A stretch of DNA of 64,000 nucleotides from Flavobacteriales bacterium (GTDB lineage Bacteria; Bacteroidota; Bacteroidia; Flavobacteriales_F; PHOS-HE28): the NCBI GenBank assembly GCA_016715895.1, contig JADJXH010000003.1:325583-389582 (forward strand), written 5' to 3'. The number at the start of each line of letters is the position of its first letter. Position 1 is the stretch's first letter. Of this stretch, positions 54,954-64,000 are shown piece after piece. A program made the position numbers and the translations under genes. The notes under the pieces were generated by a model. The model searched no databases and was not told the origin of the DNA. It saw only the letters and a program-made list of their open reading frames with translations.

Positions 54954-55724
54954 ATGAACGACGGCTACGTCAAGCACGCCGTGGCGGAAGGCATCGCCAC
55001 CGTCACCTTCCATCACCCCAAGAGCAACAGCCTGCCCGGACATGTGCTGCGCGAGCTGGCCGATGCCATCACCCGCATGGGTGCCGATCCGGCCGTACGG
55101 GTGATCGTCCTGCGGAGCGACGGCGAGAAGGCCTTCTGCGCCGGGGCCAGCTTCGACGAGCTGCTCACCATCGACACGCCCGGGAAGGGGCTGGCCTTCT
55201 TCAGCGGCTTCGCCCTGGTGATCAACGCCATCCGCACCGCCCCCTGTCTGGTCATCGGCCGCGTGCACGGCAAGGCGGTCGGCGGGGGGGTGGGCCTGGC
55301 GTCGGCCTGCGATGTGAGCTATGCGCACGGCAGCGCCAGCGCGCGCCTCAGCGAGCTGGCCATCGGCATCGGTCCGTTCGTGGTGGGGCCTGCCGTGGAA
55401 CGGAAGGTGGGCACCGGTGCGTTCGGCTTCATGAGCTTCACCCCGGCGGCCTGGCGCGATGCGGAATGGTGCCGGCAGCATGGGCTCTACCAGGCGGTGT
55501 TCGCCACGGTGGAGGAGCTGGACGGGGCGGTGGACGCCCATGCCCGCGAGCTGGGCGCCTACAGCCCGGATGCCATGCGCGAGCTCAAGCGGGTGCTATG
55601 GCGTGGAACCGAGGACTGGGATGTGCTCCTGGCGGAACGTGCGGCCACCAGCGGTCGACTGATCCTCTCGGAGTTCGCCGTGAACGCCATCAACCGGTTC
55701 AAGGCGGAGGCGGCGAAGCGGTAG
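54954..55724 (+). CDS. Enoyl-CoA hydratase/isomerase family protein
   Basis: ...RVIVLRSDGEKAFCAGASFDEL...AIRTAPCLVIGRVHGKAVGGGVGLA... is a crotonase fold. Confidence 0.85.
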   Translation: MNDGYVKHAVAEGIATVTFHHPKSNSLPGHVLRELADAITRMGADPAVRVIVLRSDGEKAFCAGASFDELLTIDTPGKGLAFFSGFALVINAIRTAPCLVIGRVHGKAVGGGVGLASACDVSYAHGSASARLSELAIGIGPFVVGPAVERKVGTGAFGFMSFTPAAWRDAEWCRQHGLYQAVFATVEELDGAVDAHARELGAYSPDAMRELKRVLWRGTEDWDVLLAERAATSGRLILSEFAVNAINRFKAEAAKR

Positions 55725-55742
55725 CAGAAAGGGCCGGCCGGC

Positions 55743-56522
55743 CTATTCGCCCGTGTACACCGGCTTGCGCTTCTCCAGGAAGGCCTTCACGCCCTCGTTG
55801 TAATCGTGGCTGCGGCCGGCGATGCGCTGCAGCTCGTTCTCGTGGTCCAGCTGGGTGTCGAGGCTGGTGTTCTGCGCGCGGTTCATGGCTTCCTTGGTGA
55901 GGGCGATGGCCTTGGTGGGCATGGTCGCCAGCTTCTTGGCGAGGGCGATGGCCTCGTTCATCAACTCGGCATCGGGTACGGCCTTCCAGATCATGCCCAG
56001 TGCCTCGGCCTCCTTGGCGCTCACCTTGGGTGCCAGGATCATCTGCCCGAAGGCGCGCTGCATGCCCACCAGGCGCGGCAGGGTATAGGTGCCGCCGCTG
56101 TCGGGGATCAGGCCGATGTTGATGAAGCTCTGGATGAAGTTGGCGCTCTCGGCCGCCAGCGTGAGGTCGCAGGCGTAGGCGATGTTGGCCCCGGCACCGG
56201 CCGCCACACCGTTCACCGCGCATACCACCGGCTTCGGCAGGGTGCGCAGGCGCCGCACGATCGGGTTGTATTGCGTGGTCAGGATGTCCTCGATCCGGGT
56301 GCCGGGCGCAATGGCCTCGGCCAGGTCCTGACCCGCGCAGAAGGCCCGCCCCTCGCCGGTGAGCAGCACGGCCCGTACGCTGGCATCGTCCTTGGCGGCG
56401 TCCAGGGCAGCGATGGTCTCCAGCGCCATCTCCCGGTCGAAGCTGTTCAGCTTGTCCGGACGGTTCAGGGTGATGGTGGCGACGCCCTCGGCGACGGTGT
56501 AGTGGATCTTGGTGTAGTTCAT
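55743..56522 (-). CDS. paaG: Enoyl-CoA hydratase-related protein, probably 1,2-epoxyphenylacetyl-CoA isomerase PaaG
   Basis: …AFCAGQDLAE… / …PVVCAVNGVAAGAGANIAYACDL… crotonase motifs. The gene lies in the paa cluster. Confidence 0.75.
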   Translation of the reverse strand: MNYTKIHYTVAEGVATITLNRPDKLNSFDREMALETIAALDAAKDDASVRAVLLTGEGRAFCAGQDLAEAIAPGTRIEDILTTQYNPIVRRLRTLPKPVVCAVNGVAAGAGANIAYACDLTLAAESANFIQSFINIGLIPDSGGTYTLPRLVGMQRAFGQMILAPKVSAKEAEALGMIWKAVPDAELMNEAIALAKKLATMPTKAIALTKEAMNRAQNTSLDTQLDHENELQRIAGRSHDYNEGVKAFLEKRKPVYTGE

Positions 56523-56734
56523 TGATCGAGCTTGTCGAGTCCGGTTTGGCGAAGGATGGCGAGCAAGGTTCCCTTGGGCAGGTCACCACGGTGCAATGGC
56601 ACCACGGTCATCTTGCCGGTCGTGCGGTTCTTGAAGATCTGGTGCGACCCTTTGGATCGAACGTGTTCGTAGCCGTGCTGCTTCAACAGGCGGATCAGGT
56701 CGGCCGCCGTCATGCTGGGCGACTTGGCCATCAC
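56519..56734 (-). CDS. hicA: Type II toxin HicA (mRNA interferase)
   Basis: ...LIRLLKQHGYEHVRSKGSHQIFKN...GKMTVVPLH... is a canonical HicA dsRBD-like toxin. Overlaps the hicB stop. Confidence 0.7.
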   Translation of the reverse strand: MMAKSPSMTAADLIRLLKQHGYEHVRSKGSHQIFKNRTTGKMTVVPLHRGDLPKGTLLAILRQTGLDKLDQ

Positions 56735-56958
56735 GAAGCCAGGACGAGGGAGTACTCAAAGGTCTTGCTGTCGTCCGGAACAGGGTCTCCTTCGGCCTCC
56801 AACGTTTCCACGTATAGCTCGATGGCTTCCTTGGCCATGCTCAAGGCGTGATCGATGGACTCCCCGTAAGTGATGCAGCCCGGCAAGGCCGGCACCGAAA
56901 CGGTGAAGCCGCCTTCAGGCTCAGGTGTCAAGAGAACGCGGTACGTGCGCTGTGACAT
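56731..56958 (-). CDS. hicB: Type II antitoxin HicB (UPF0150 family)
   Basis: MSQRTYRVLLTPEPEGGFTVSVPALPGCITYGESIDHALSMAKEAIELYVE is a typical HicB N-terminal domain. Confidence 0.65.
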   Translation of the reverse strand: MSQRTYRVLLTPEPEGGFTVSVPALPGCITYGESIDHALSMAKEAIELYVETLEAEGDPVPDDSKTFEYSLVLAS

Positions 56959-57074
56959 GTGTGCAAGATACGGCACTTCACCTGCCTTCATCGATGGTGA
57001 AAAGGATCTTGGTGTAGGGCATGCGACGAAGATCGGTCGATCAGATCGATCAGACGACCAGAAACGCAAGGTCG

Positions 57075-57629
57075 TTAATCCGGGAAGAAGCGTTCAAAGA
57101 GCTGTTGGTCGCCCCCTGCTCGAGTAGATCGAAGACTGTCGCCAGCACTCAAGTGGTACACTGTGACGTGATCGAAACACAGCCCGTACTTGCAGTATAC
57201 CTTGGCGTCAACCGCGCGCATTCTGTGATTCTCATCGAAGTGGACCCAGAGCATAGGATGGCTTCCAGGCCCGTTCGGCTTTCTTGAGTATTCGAGTGTG
57301 AACCCGCGCGTGCGCTGTTCCCGTTCAGTATTGCAACAGAACCGTGCTGAGTAGAATGCAGCATCGACAGTAGCGACAATTGACGAGCCGTCTGGTGGAA
57401 CAAATTTCTGGAGAGGTATTGGGTCTTGGCAACTTCCCTCATGGACACCTGTACCATAACTGGCGTAAAACGGGAGTCCGATGATCTTTATCACACTATC
57501 CACAGACATCCCGATCTTCAAACTCCTCACCGTTCGTTGGGTGACGCCTTCCGCGAGGTCGGATGTCGAGCAACCTGTCAACGCGACAACAAGGGCAATT
57601 TCGACAAGAAGAAAGGGTTCAAGCGTCAT
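57075..57629 (-). CDS. Hypothetical lipoprotein in a low-GC islet
   Basis: MTLEPFLLVEIALVVALTGCS lipobox. Local GC is about 50%. The upstream part of the 309-aa track ORF overlaps paaD out of frame and is spurious. Confidence 0.45.
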   Translation of the reverse strand: MTLEPFLLVEIALVVALTGCSTSDLAEGVTQRTVRSLKIGMSVDSVIKIIGLPFYASYGTGVHEGSCQDPIPLQKFVPPDGSSIVATVDAAFYSARFCCNTEREQRTRGFTLEYSRKPNGPGSHPMLWVHFDENHRMRAVDAKVYCKYGLCFDHVTVYHLSAGDSLRSTRAGGDQQLFERFFPD

Positions 57630-57670
57630 GACGCGCCATGGAAACGTTTGTTTCCCATGGCGTATTGCCA

Positions 57671-58156
57671 TCATAAACACTTGAACTGATCGAACGGCTC
57701 CAGGCAGTCGTTGCACTTCCACAGCGCCTTGCAGGCCGTGCTGCCGAAAGCAGAGAGCATCACGGTGTTGGTGGAGCCGCATTGCGGACAGGCCACCACG
57801 GGCCGTTCGCCCTTGAGCGCGCGGATGTCGGCGGTCTTTTCGGGCGGCGCGATGCCATACTCTTTCAGCTTGCGCTTGCCGGTCTCGGTGATCCAGTCGG
57901 TGGTCCAGGCAGGGGAGAGGCTCATGCGCACCTCCACGTAAGGCACACCCGCCTCCAGTAGTTCCTTCTTGATGTCGGCCGCCATCACGTCCATGGCCGG
58001 ACAACCGGTGTACGTAGGGGTGATGGTGACGATGGCCTTCCCGTCGGGCTCCACCTCCACCTGCCGCACCACACCCAGCTCCAGCACATTGATGGCCGGG
58101 ATCTCCGGGTCCTTCACGTAGTCGAGGAGCTCGAGGATGCGGGCTTTGGTGATCAT
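57671..58156 (-). CDS. paaD: 1,2-phenylacetyl-CoA epoxidase subunit D
   Basis: ...ELGVVRQVEV...ITPTYTGCPAMDVMA... (DUF59/PaaD). C-terminal Cys cluster CPQCGSTN...CKALWKCNDC. Confidence 0.85.
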   Translation of the reverse strand: MITKARILELLDYVKDPEIPAINVLELGVVRQVEVEPDGKAIVTITPTYTGCPAMDVMAADIKKELLEAGVPYVEVRMSLSPAWTTDWITETGKRKLKEYGIAPPEKTADIRALKGERPVVACPQCGSTNTVMLSAFGSTACKALWKCNDCLEPFDQFKCL

Positions 58157-58249
58157 GGTTCGAACGTGTTCACCGCAACGGCGCAACGGACGCTACGTCG
58201 ACCCAACGACCGGATAACGTTGCGTTCGCTGCGTCGTTGCGGTTCTTTC

Positions 58250-59002
58250 CTACCACTCCGCCCCCGGGTACGCCCGCTGCAGGTATTGCATCTCGGCCAG
58301 GATGAAGCCGAGGTGCTCGCTGTGCTTGCCTTGGCGACCGCCCGTGGCCATGAAGCCGTCGGCGGGGCGCTTCAGCGTGGCCTCGGCCAGCACCTTGTCC
58401 ACGGTGGCGTCGAAGGCGGCCTTCATCTTGGCGAGGTCGGGCGCGATGCCGGCCTTCAGCAGTTGCTGGTGAACCTCGTCCATCACGAAGAGGTCGCCGC
58501 TGTAGGTCCACAGGTTGTCGAGGGCCTCCTGGGCACGGCGGTGGCTTTCCTCCGTGCCGTCGCCGAAGCGGATCAGCCAGTCGCTGCTGTGCTTCACGTG
58601 GTACTGGGCCTCCTTCACGGCCTTGGCGGCGATGGCGGCCAGCTGGGCATCGGTGCTCTTGGTAAGCGCCTCGGCCAGCGGCAGGTGGTAGGCATCGAAC
58701 AGGAAGCTCCGCACGATGGTATGCGCGTAGTCGCCGTTGGGCTGCTCCACCAGCTTGGTGTTCACGAACTGCCGCTCGTTGCGCAGGTAGGCCAGGGCAT
58801 CCTCGTCACGTCCCTTGCCCTCCACCTGTCCGGCGTAGGTGTACAGGTTGCGGGCTTCGCCAATGTGGTCCAGCGCCCGGTTGGTGAGGGCGATGTCCTC
58901 CTCCAGCACGGGGCCGTGGCCGCACCACTCGCTCAAGCGGTGGCTCAGGATGAGGAGGTCGTCCGCGAGGCGAAGGCTATACGTGAAGAGGGCGTTGCTC
59001 AT
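58250..59002 (-). CDS. paaC: 1,2-phenylacetyl-CoA epoxidase subunit C
   Basis: MSNALFTYSLRLADDLLILSHRLSEWCGHGPVLEEDIALTN... is the canonical PaaC (formerly PaaI) N-terminus. Confidence 0.85.
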   Translation of the reverse strand: MSNALFTYSLRLADDLLILSHRLSEWCGHGPVLEEDIALTNRALDHIGEARNLYTYAGQVEGKGRDEDALAYLRNERQFVNTKLVEQPNGDYAHTIVRSFLFDAYHLPLAEALTKSTDAQLAAIAAKAVKEAQYHVKHSSDWLIRFGDGTEESHRRAQEALDNLWTYSGDLFVMDEVHQQLLKAGIAPDLAKMKAAFDATVDKVLAEATLKRPADGFMATGGRQGKHSEHLGFILAEMQYLQRAYPGAEW

Positions 59003-59075
59003 GGTGAATGGGAGTTGGCGAATGGTGAATGGGAAAGCGTTCAGGCGCTATTCACCAACTTCCATTCGCCAGTCA
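58995..59075. repeat. Family-B REP-like palindrome (GTGAATGG units) between paaB and paaC, overlapping the paaC start codon
   Basis: ggtgaatgggagttggcgaatggtgaatggg ... attcaccaacttccattcgccagtcac (inverted arms). Confidence 0.75.
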
Positions 59076-59369
59076 CTAAATGTATTTCGCCCCCTCGGGC
59101 ATGGTGTAGAAGGTGGGGTGCCGGTAGGTCTTGTCGTCGGCGGGGTCGAAGAGCATGGCCGCATCATCGGGCTGGCTGCTGCTGATGGCGCCGGCGGGCA
59201 CCACCCAGATGCTCTGCCCTTCCTGGCGGCGCGTATATACGTCGCGGGCGTTCTCGATGGCCATCTGGGCGTCGGCAGCGTGCAAACTGCCCACGTGTTT
59301 GTGCTCCAGGCCGCGCTTGCTCTGGATGAAGATCTCCCAAAGGGGCCAGTTGTTCGGGTTGTCGCTCAT
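59076..59369 (-). CDS. paaB: 1,2-phenylacetyl-CoA epoxidase subunit B
   Basis: MSDNPNNWPLWEIFIQSKRGLEHKHVGSLHAADAQMAIENARDVYTRR... matches canonical PaaB. Confidence 0.9.
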   Translation of the reverse strand: MSDNPNNWPLWEIFIQSKRGLEHKHVGSLHAADAQMAIENARDVYTRRQEGQSIWVVPAGAISSSQPDDAAMLFDPADDKTYRHPTFYTMPEGAKYI

Positions 59370-59378
59370 GGTGTCCGG

Positions 59379-59462
59379 TGAGTGGCGAGTGGCGAGCGAA
59401 GAGTAACGAGTGGCACTGCGGAAGCAGACTCGCCACTCGTCACTCGCTACTCGCCACTCGGA
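59379..59462. repeat. Family-A REP-like palindrome (GAGTGGCGAGT units) between paaA and paaB
   Basis: ggtgagtggcgagtggcgagcgaagagtaacgagtggcac tgcggaagcag actcgccactcgtcactcgctactcgccactcgg (inverted arms around a loop). Confidence 0.75.
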
Positions 59463-59463
59463 T

Positions 59464-60408
59464 TCATGCTGCTTGTTTCTTCTTGGCCTTCTTGGCGGCG
59501 TGGGCCAGCGCGGCCTCGCGCACCCAGGCGCCTTCGTCGTGAGCCTTGTTGCGGGCGGCCAGGCGTTCCTTGTTGCAGGGGCCGTTGCCGGCCACCACGT
59601 TGTTGAACTCGGTCCAGTCGATCTCGCCCCAGTCGTAGTGCTGGGTGGACTCGTTCCACTTCAGCTTCGGGTCGGGGATGGTGAGGCCGATCACTTCGGC
59701 CTGCTGCACGGTGCGGTCGATGAAGGTCTGGCGCAGCTCGTCGTTGCTCTGGCGCTTGATCTTCCACTTCATGCTCTCGGCGCTGTGCGGGCTGTTGGCG
59801 TCCGTGGGGCCGAACATCATCAGGCTGGGCCACCACCACCGGTTCAGGGCGTCCTGGGCCATCTCCTTCTGCTCGGGGGTACCCTTGGCCAGCACGGCAA
59901 TGATCTCGTAGCCCTGGCGCTGGTGGAAGCTCTCCTCCTTGCAGATGCGCACCATGGCCCGAGCGTAAGGACCGTAGCTGGTGCGGCACAGCATCACCTG
60001 GTTCATGATGGCGGCACCGTCCACCAACCAGCCGATGGCACCGATGTCGGCCCAGGTGAGGGTGGGGTAGTTGAAGATGCTGCTGTACTTGGCCTTGCCG
60101 CTCAGCAGGTCGTCGATGGTCTGCTCGCGGGAAACGCCCAGGGTCTCGCAGGCGCTGTAGAGGTAGAGACCATGACCGGCCTCGTCCTGCACCTTGGCGA
60201 GCAGAATGGCCTTGCGGCGCAGGTTGGGGGCCCGGGTGATCCAGTTGCCCTCCGGCAGCATGCCCACCACCTCGCTGTGCGCGTGCTGGCTGATCTGGCG
60301 GATGAGGGTCTTGCGGTACTTCTCAGGCATCCAGTCCTTCGGCTCGATCTTCTGTTCGGCGTCGATCTTGGCCTGGAAGCGTTCCTCAAGGTTCTGTACG
60401 TCGGTCAT
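59464..60408 (-). CDS. paaA: 1,2-phenylacetyl-CoA epoxidase catalytic subunit A
   Basis: Di-iron ferritin-like motifs ...[11 protein letters not shown]... and ...[11 protein letters not shown]...; 314 aa. Confidence 0.95.
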   Translation of the reverse strand: MTDVQNLEERFQAKIDAEQKIEPKDWMPEKYRKTLIRQISQHAHSEVVGMLPEGNWITRAPNLRRKAILLAKVQDEAGHGLYLYSACETLGVSREQTIDDLLSGKAKYSSIFNYPTLTWADIGAIGWLVDGAAIMNQVMLCRTSYGPYARAMVRICKEESFHQRQGYEIIAVLAKGTPEQKEMAQDALNRWWWPSLMMFGPTDANSPHSAESMKWKIKRQSNDELRQTFIDRTVQQAEVIGLTIPDPKLKWNESTQHYDWGEIDWTEFNNVVAGNGPCNKERLAARNKAHDEGAWVREAALAHAAKKAKKKQAA

Positions 60409-60587
60409 GGTGGATCTGCGAACGGCGAATTTAGGCCCTGCGCCTCAGCTCGGGCTGATGCCGGTCAATCCGGTGAACAGAATGGCGGGCCTGGTGGTTC
60501 ATGGTCGGCGGAGCGTGGAAGGGGGGCGCGGACGAGCGCGCGATCACCTGGACCCTATTTTCGCGCCCGCCGAACGGCAATCCTTCC

Positions 60588-61670
60588 ATGGCCCGCTTCC
60601 ATCCCTTGACCGTATCGCAGGTAACGCAGGAGACCCCTGACGCCATCGTGATCGGGTTCACTGTGCCGCCCGCTCTGCGGGACGAGTTCCGCTTCAACCA
60701 CGGTCAGTATGTCACGCTCAAGCTCACCGTCAACGGCGAGGAGCTGCGCCGCAGCTACAGCATCTGCAGCAGCCCGCTGGATGCGGACGGCTTCCGCATC
60801 GCGGTGAAGCGTGTCCGGGGCGGGCGGGCCAGCACGCAGCTGGTGGAGAAGCTCAAGGCGGGGATGTCGCTGGAGGTGATGGCACCGATGGGCAACTTCA
60901 CCGCGGCGCTTGATCCGGCGCGCAGCAGGCACTTCGTCGCCTTCGCGGCCGGCAGCGGCATCACGCCCATCCTCAGCATCCTGAAGACGGTGCTGAGGAC
61001 CGAGCCCAACAGCCGGTTCACGCTTTTCTATGGCAACACGGACACGGACCGGATCATGTTCCGTGGCAGGCTGTCCGAGCTTCAAGCCCAGTTCGGTGAC
61101 CGGCTCGCGGTGCACCACATCCTCAGTAAAGGCCGGGAGCAGGATGTCCTCTTCAATGGCCGGATCACCGCGGAGAAGGCCCGGCAGCTGCTGGCCCGGT
61201 TCGTCACGGACGCGCTGGACAAGGAGTTCTTCATCTGTGGCCCCGAGCAGATGATGGTGAACGTGAGCGAGGCCCTGGAGGCCGCCGGGGTGGAGAAGAA
61301 GCGCGTTCACATCGAACTGTTCACCAGCCCGGTGACCACCGAGGCGAAGCGTGAGGTGGCCCATGCCACCACGGCTGCGTTCACGGGCGAGGCCGAAGTG
61401 GTGGTGCGGCTGGATGGCCGCGAGCAGGTGCTACACATGACCGCCAAGGGCGATCCCGTGCTCGACGCGGCCATCGATGCCGGAATGGATGTTCCGTACG
61501 CGTGCAAGGGCGCCGTGTGCTGTACCTGCAAGGCGCGCGTGCTCGAAGGCCAGGTGGAGATGGACATGAACTACGCGCTCACCGACGAGGAGGTGGCACA
61601 GGGCTATGTGCTCACTTGCCAGACCCATCCCCGCAGCGCGCGTGTGGTGATCGACTACGATCAGCACTGA
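60588..61670 (+). CDS. paaE: Phenylacetate-CoA oxygenase/reductase subunit PaaE (PaaK): FNR-like FAD/NAD module plus C-terminal plant-type 2Fe-2S ferredoxin
   Basis: RxYS motif RRSYSICSSP; GSGITPILSIL; C-terminal Cys cluster CKGAVCCTCKARVLEG...C. Confidence 0.9.
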   Translation: MARFHPLTVSQVTQETPDAIVIGFTVPPALRDEFRFNHGQYVTLKLTVNGEELRRSYSICSSPLDADGFRIAVKRVRGGRASTQLVEKLKAGMSLEVMAPMGNFTAALDPARSRHFVAFAAGSGITPILSILKTVLRTEPNSRFTLFYGNTDTDRIMFRGRLSELQAQFGDRLAVHHILSKGREQDVLFNGRITAEKARQLLARFVTDALDKEFFICGPEQMMVNVSEALEAAGVEKKRVHIELFTSPVTTEAKREVAHATTAAFTGEAEVVVRLDGREQVLHMTAKGDPVLDAAIDAGMDVPYACKGAVCCTCKARVLEGQVEMDMNYALTDEEVAQGYVLTCQTHPRSARVVIDYDQH

Positions 61671-61765
61671 GGTGCTGGGAACGAAGAAGGCGGGCTTACG
61701 GGCCCGCCTTTCGTGTTCCTGCCGGCCGGTTGGTGGTGGTTGTGGCCGGGCGGGCAACATGCTTG

Positions 61766-62287
61766 TCAGAAGGAGGCCTGCGCGTGCCCGGCCACCTTGG
61801 TCTGGATGTGCTCCAGATAGTGTTCGCTGTGGTAGAAGCCGCCCATCTCGGCGTTCCAGCGCACGATGGCGCTCGGAAAGTCGGCATAGAACGGGTCGAC
61901 GCCGGCGGTCTTGCCACGGGGGATCAGGTTCACGTAACAGACATAGTCCGGGTATGTGACCAGGTCGGGGGGGAGGCTGGTGTCGATCAGCACGAGCTTG
62001 TCCTCGAAGCCGTCCTTGGTGACGCGCACCAGGAAGCTCTGGTCGATGTCCAGGTCCAGGGAGAAGCCTCCCTTCTTGTCCACGGCCACCTGCCCCAGTT
62101 TCTCGTCTCCCTTCCACAGTTCAACCTGGTAGTCCTGGACCTGCTTGCCGTCAGCGAGCACCTCGCCCCGCACGGGCACGTACCAGCCTTCGGCCTGGTC
62201 TCGACGATCAACGAGTTTGCGTTTCTGGGCGTGCACGGCAGGAAGGGTGAGCAGCACGAGCAGGGGAAGGGTCATCAACTTCTTCAT
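61766..62287 (-). CDS. Secreted hypothetical protein
   Basis: Signal peptide MKKLMTLPLLVLLTLPAVHAQ; 173 aa; no recognised domain. Confidence 0.45.
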   Translation of the reverse strand: MKKLMTLPLLVLLTLPAVHAQKRKLVDRRDQAEGWYVPVRGEVLADGKQVQDYQVELWKGDEKLGQVAVDKKGGFSLDLDIDQSFLVRVTKDGFEDKLVLIDTSLPPDLVTYPDYVCYVNLIPRGKTAGVDPFYADFPSAIVRWNAEMGGFYHSEHYLEHIQTKVAGHAQASF

Positions 62288-62380
62288 GGGGCAAGGGTTC
62301 ACGTGGGTGGTCGTCCTGGTCGCGGGCACTGAAGGTGTTGTTCCTACGCGGGGACGGACGGAAGGGTTACGCGCGGGGCT

Positions 62381-63907
62381 TCAGGAGGCGAACGGCAGGG
62401 CGGCGCGGTCGGCGACCCCGGCGTTCATGCGCAGGCTGATGGTGGTGCCCTTGCCCACGGTGCTCTCGGCCCACACCTCGCCGCCGTGCTTGTTCACGAT
62501 GCGTTGCACGATGGCCAGCCCGATGCCGCTGCCTTCGAACTGGTCGGCGCGATGCATCCGCTTGAAGGCGCCGAACACGGCCTTGGCGCCGGTGCTGTCG
62601 AACCCCACCCCGTTGTCGCGCACGCGCAGCACCTCCCCGGTGTCATCCGTGTCCATCCGCACCTCGATGCGGGGGGCCTCCACCTGGCGGGTGAACTTCA
62701 CGGCGTTGGACATCAGGTTGACGAGCACCACCTTCAGCATGGCGGCATCGGCATGGAGCAGGGTGTCCGGCGGCACCTTGTTCACCAGGAGCGGGGCATG
62801 GGGCGCAGGCGGCAGTTCGTCCATCACCTCCTGGACCAGATCGCGCAGTCGGATGTCTGAACGCTGGAGGTCGCGGTTGTTGGTCTGGGAGAAGCGGAGG
62901 AGGTCATCGACCAGTTCGAGCATGCGGCCCGCGCCGCGCTGGATGCGGCTGCTCAGCTCACGCCCGTCGATGTCGGTGGGCGGCTGGTGTTCCTGCAGCA
63001 GCTGGCAAAGGGCCAGCACGTTCTTCAACGGGCTGCGCAGGTCGTGCGCCACGGTGTAGGAGAAGGCGCCCAGGTCCTCCAAGGCCTCCAGCAGCTGGCG
63101 CGTGCGCACGGCCACGCGGCGGTCCAGGTCGCTGTTGAGCTTGCGCAGACGCTGTTCCTCCGCCCGCCGGTCGGTGATGTCCTTGATGATCACCTGGAAA
63201 CTCCGGTGGCCATCGTCCGACTTGCCCAGGTAGCTCACGGTGAGCAGCCCGTCGATGGGATCGCCGTTGCTGTTCCGAAGGGTGAGGTCAACGTTATGGA
63301 ACGACCGCCCCCGGAGGCGGCCGCTCAGCGCCTGGCGCAGAGCGGCCGGGTCGGTGAGCAGGTCCTGGAAGCTGCGGTCCAGCAGCGCGTCACGGTCCAG
63401 GCCCACCAGGCGCTGCGCGCTTGGATTGGCATCGTGGATGCGCCCGGTCTCGTCCAGGATCACGATCGGGTCGCCCGAGGTGGCGAAGACCTGCTCGTAC
63501 CGGCGGAGCAGACGCTCGCGGTCCACGCGCAGGCGGAAGACCTCGTGGGCCTGCTGGATGCGCAGCAGCAGATCGCTGGCGTCCCAGGGCTTTGTGACGT
63601 ATGCATAGATGCGGCCCTTGTTCACCGCATCGATCACCGCCTGGATGTCGGCGTAGCCGGTGAGCAGCATCCGGATGGTGTCCGGATGCCGTTGCTTCAC
63701 CTGGGCGAGGAAGTCCACACCCGTCACCTGGGGCATCCGCTGGTCGCTGATCACCACCGGGATCGGGGTGCGTTCCAGGATCTCCAACGCCTGCTCGGCG
63801 GTGGAGGCGGTGAAGACCTCCAGGTCACGACGGAAGTTGGCCCGGAAGGCGATCAGGTTGCCTTCCTCGTCGTCCAGATAGAGGACCTTGATGCGTTCCT
63901 TGTTCAT
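62381..63907 (-). CDS. Hybrid two-component protein: N-terminal response-regulator receiver, PAS, and HisKA/HATPase_c kinase core
   Basis: Receiver KVLYLDDEEGNL...VVISDQRMPQVTG...TGYAD; H-box TVAHDLRSPL; N/G boxes ...NLMSNAVKFT...VRDNGVGF...GSGIGLAIV. Confidence 0.85.
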   Translation of the reverse strand: MNKERIKVLYLDDEEGNLIAFRANFRRDLEVFTASTAEQALEILERTPIPVVISDQRMPQVTGVDFLAQVKQRHPDTIRMLLTGYADIQAVIDAVNKGRIYAYVTKPWDASDLLLRIQQAHEVFRLRVDRERLLRRYEQVFATSGDPIVILDETGRIHDANPSAQRLVGLDRDALLDRSFQDLLTDPAALRQALSGRLRGRSFHNVDLTLRNSNGDPIDGLLTVSYLGKSDDGHRSFQVIIKDITDRRAEEQRLRKLNSDLDRRVAVRTRQLLEALEDLGAFSYTVAHDLRSPLKNVLALCQLLQEHQPPTDIDGRELSSRIQRGAGRMLELVDDLLRFSQTNNRDLQRSDIRLRDLVQEVMDELPPAPHAPLLVNKVPPDTLLHADAAMLKVVLVNLMSNAVKFTRQVEAPRIEVRMDTDDTGEVLRVRDNGVGFDSTGAKAVFGAFKRMHRADQFEGSGIGLAIVQRIVNKHGGEVWAESTVGKGTTISLRMNAGVADRAALPFAS

Positions 63908-63911
63908 GGCT

Positions 63912-64000
63912 TCAGGCGCGTTGCTGCTGCTGCTCTTGGTGTGCGCGCTGTTGGCGCTTGGGCAGGGTGACATGGAAGGTGGCCCCCGCGCCGGGCAGGC
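63912..64000 (-). CDS. C-terminal end of an upstream sensor histidine kinase (partial, continues beyond the window)
   Basis: Frame ending ...LPGAGATFHVTLPKRQQRAHQEQQQQRA* resembles the last strand of a HATPase_c domain. Only 29 codons are visible. Confidence 0.35.
   Translation of the reverse strand, partial: LPGAGATFHVTLPKRQQRAHQEQQQQRA

Noticed and set aside
1-64000. tRNA, rRNA or other structured RNA genes
   Set aside because: No stretch with the GC/AT pattern or conserved T-loop (GGTTCGAATCC-like) motifs of tRNAs was found in the intergenic gaps. All sizeable gaps are accounted for by repeats, promoters of divergent genes or the IS110 leader.

Overview
This is a high-GC (~67%) chromosomal segment that looks Bacteroidota-type: four secreted proteins carry T9SS C-terminal sorting domains, there is a fused E1 alpha/beta dehydrogenase, and a GxxExxY family protein is present. 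Genes are densely packed on both strands. Recognisable housekeeping and metabolic genes are uvrA, nth, an ECF sigma factor, fused 2-oxoacid dehydrogenase E1 alpha/beta, lgt, mscL, an iron-siderophore ABC permease/ATPase pair, yciH/SUI1, and a phenylacetate paaABCD-paaE-paaG cluster. Secreted and surface proteins include T9SS cargo, a GH38 enzyme and an M1 peptidase. The accessory content is the more interesting part. There is a complete IS256-family IS with 24-bp imperfect inverted repeats and an 8-bp target duplication, inserted into a REP-like palindrome. An IS110-family element with a long non-coding leader sits inside a low-GC insertion. There are two type II toxin-antitoxin pairs (ParE/RelE with an antitoxin, and hicAB). 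hicAB lies in a low-GC islet that splits the paa cluster. There are at least three families of short intergenic repeats, one of which brackets a GxxExxY PD-(D/E)xK nuclease gene in inverted orientation. A 27-bp palindrome is present both in-frame inside the E1 gene linker and in an intergenic spacer. An M15 peptidase lipoprotein gene appears frameshifted. Many long antisense ORFs in the six-frame track are high-GC artefacts, so most start codons had to be moved inward to signal peptides or conserved N-termini. No rRNA, tRNA or CRISPR array could be supported by reading the sequence.
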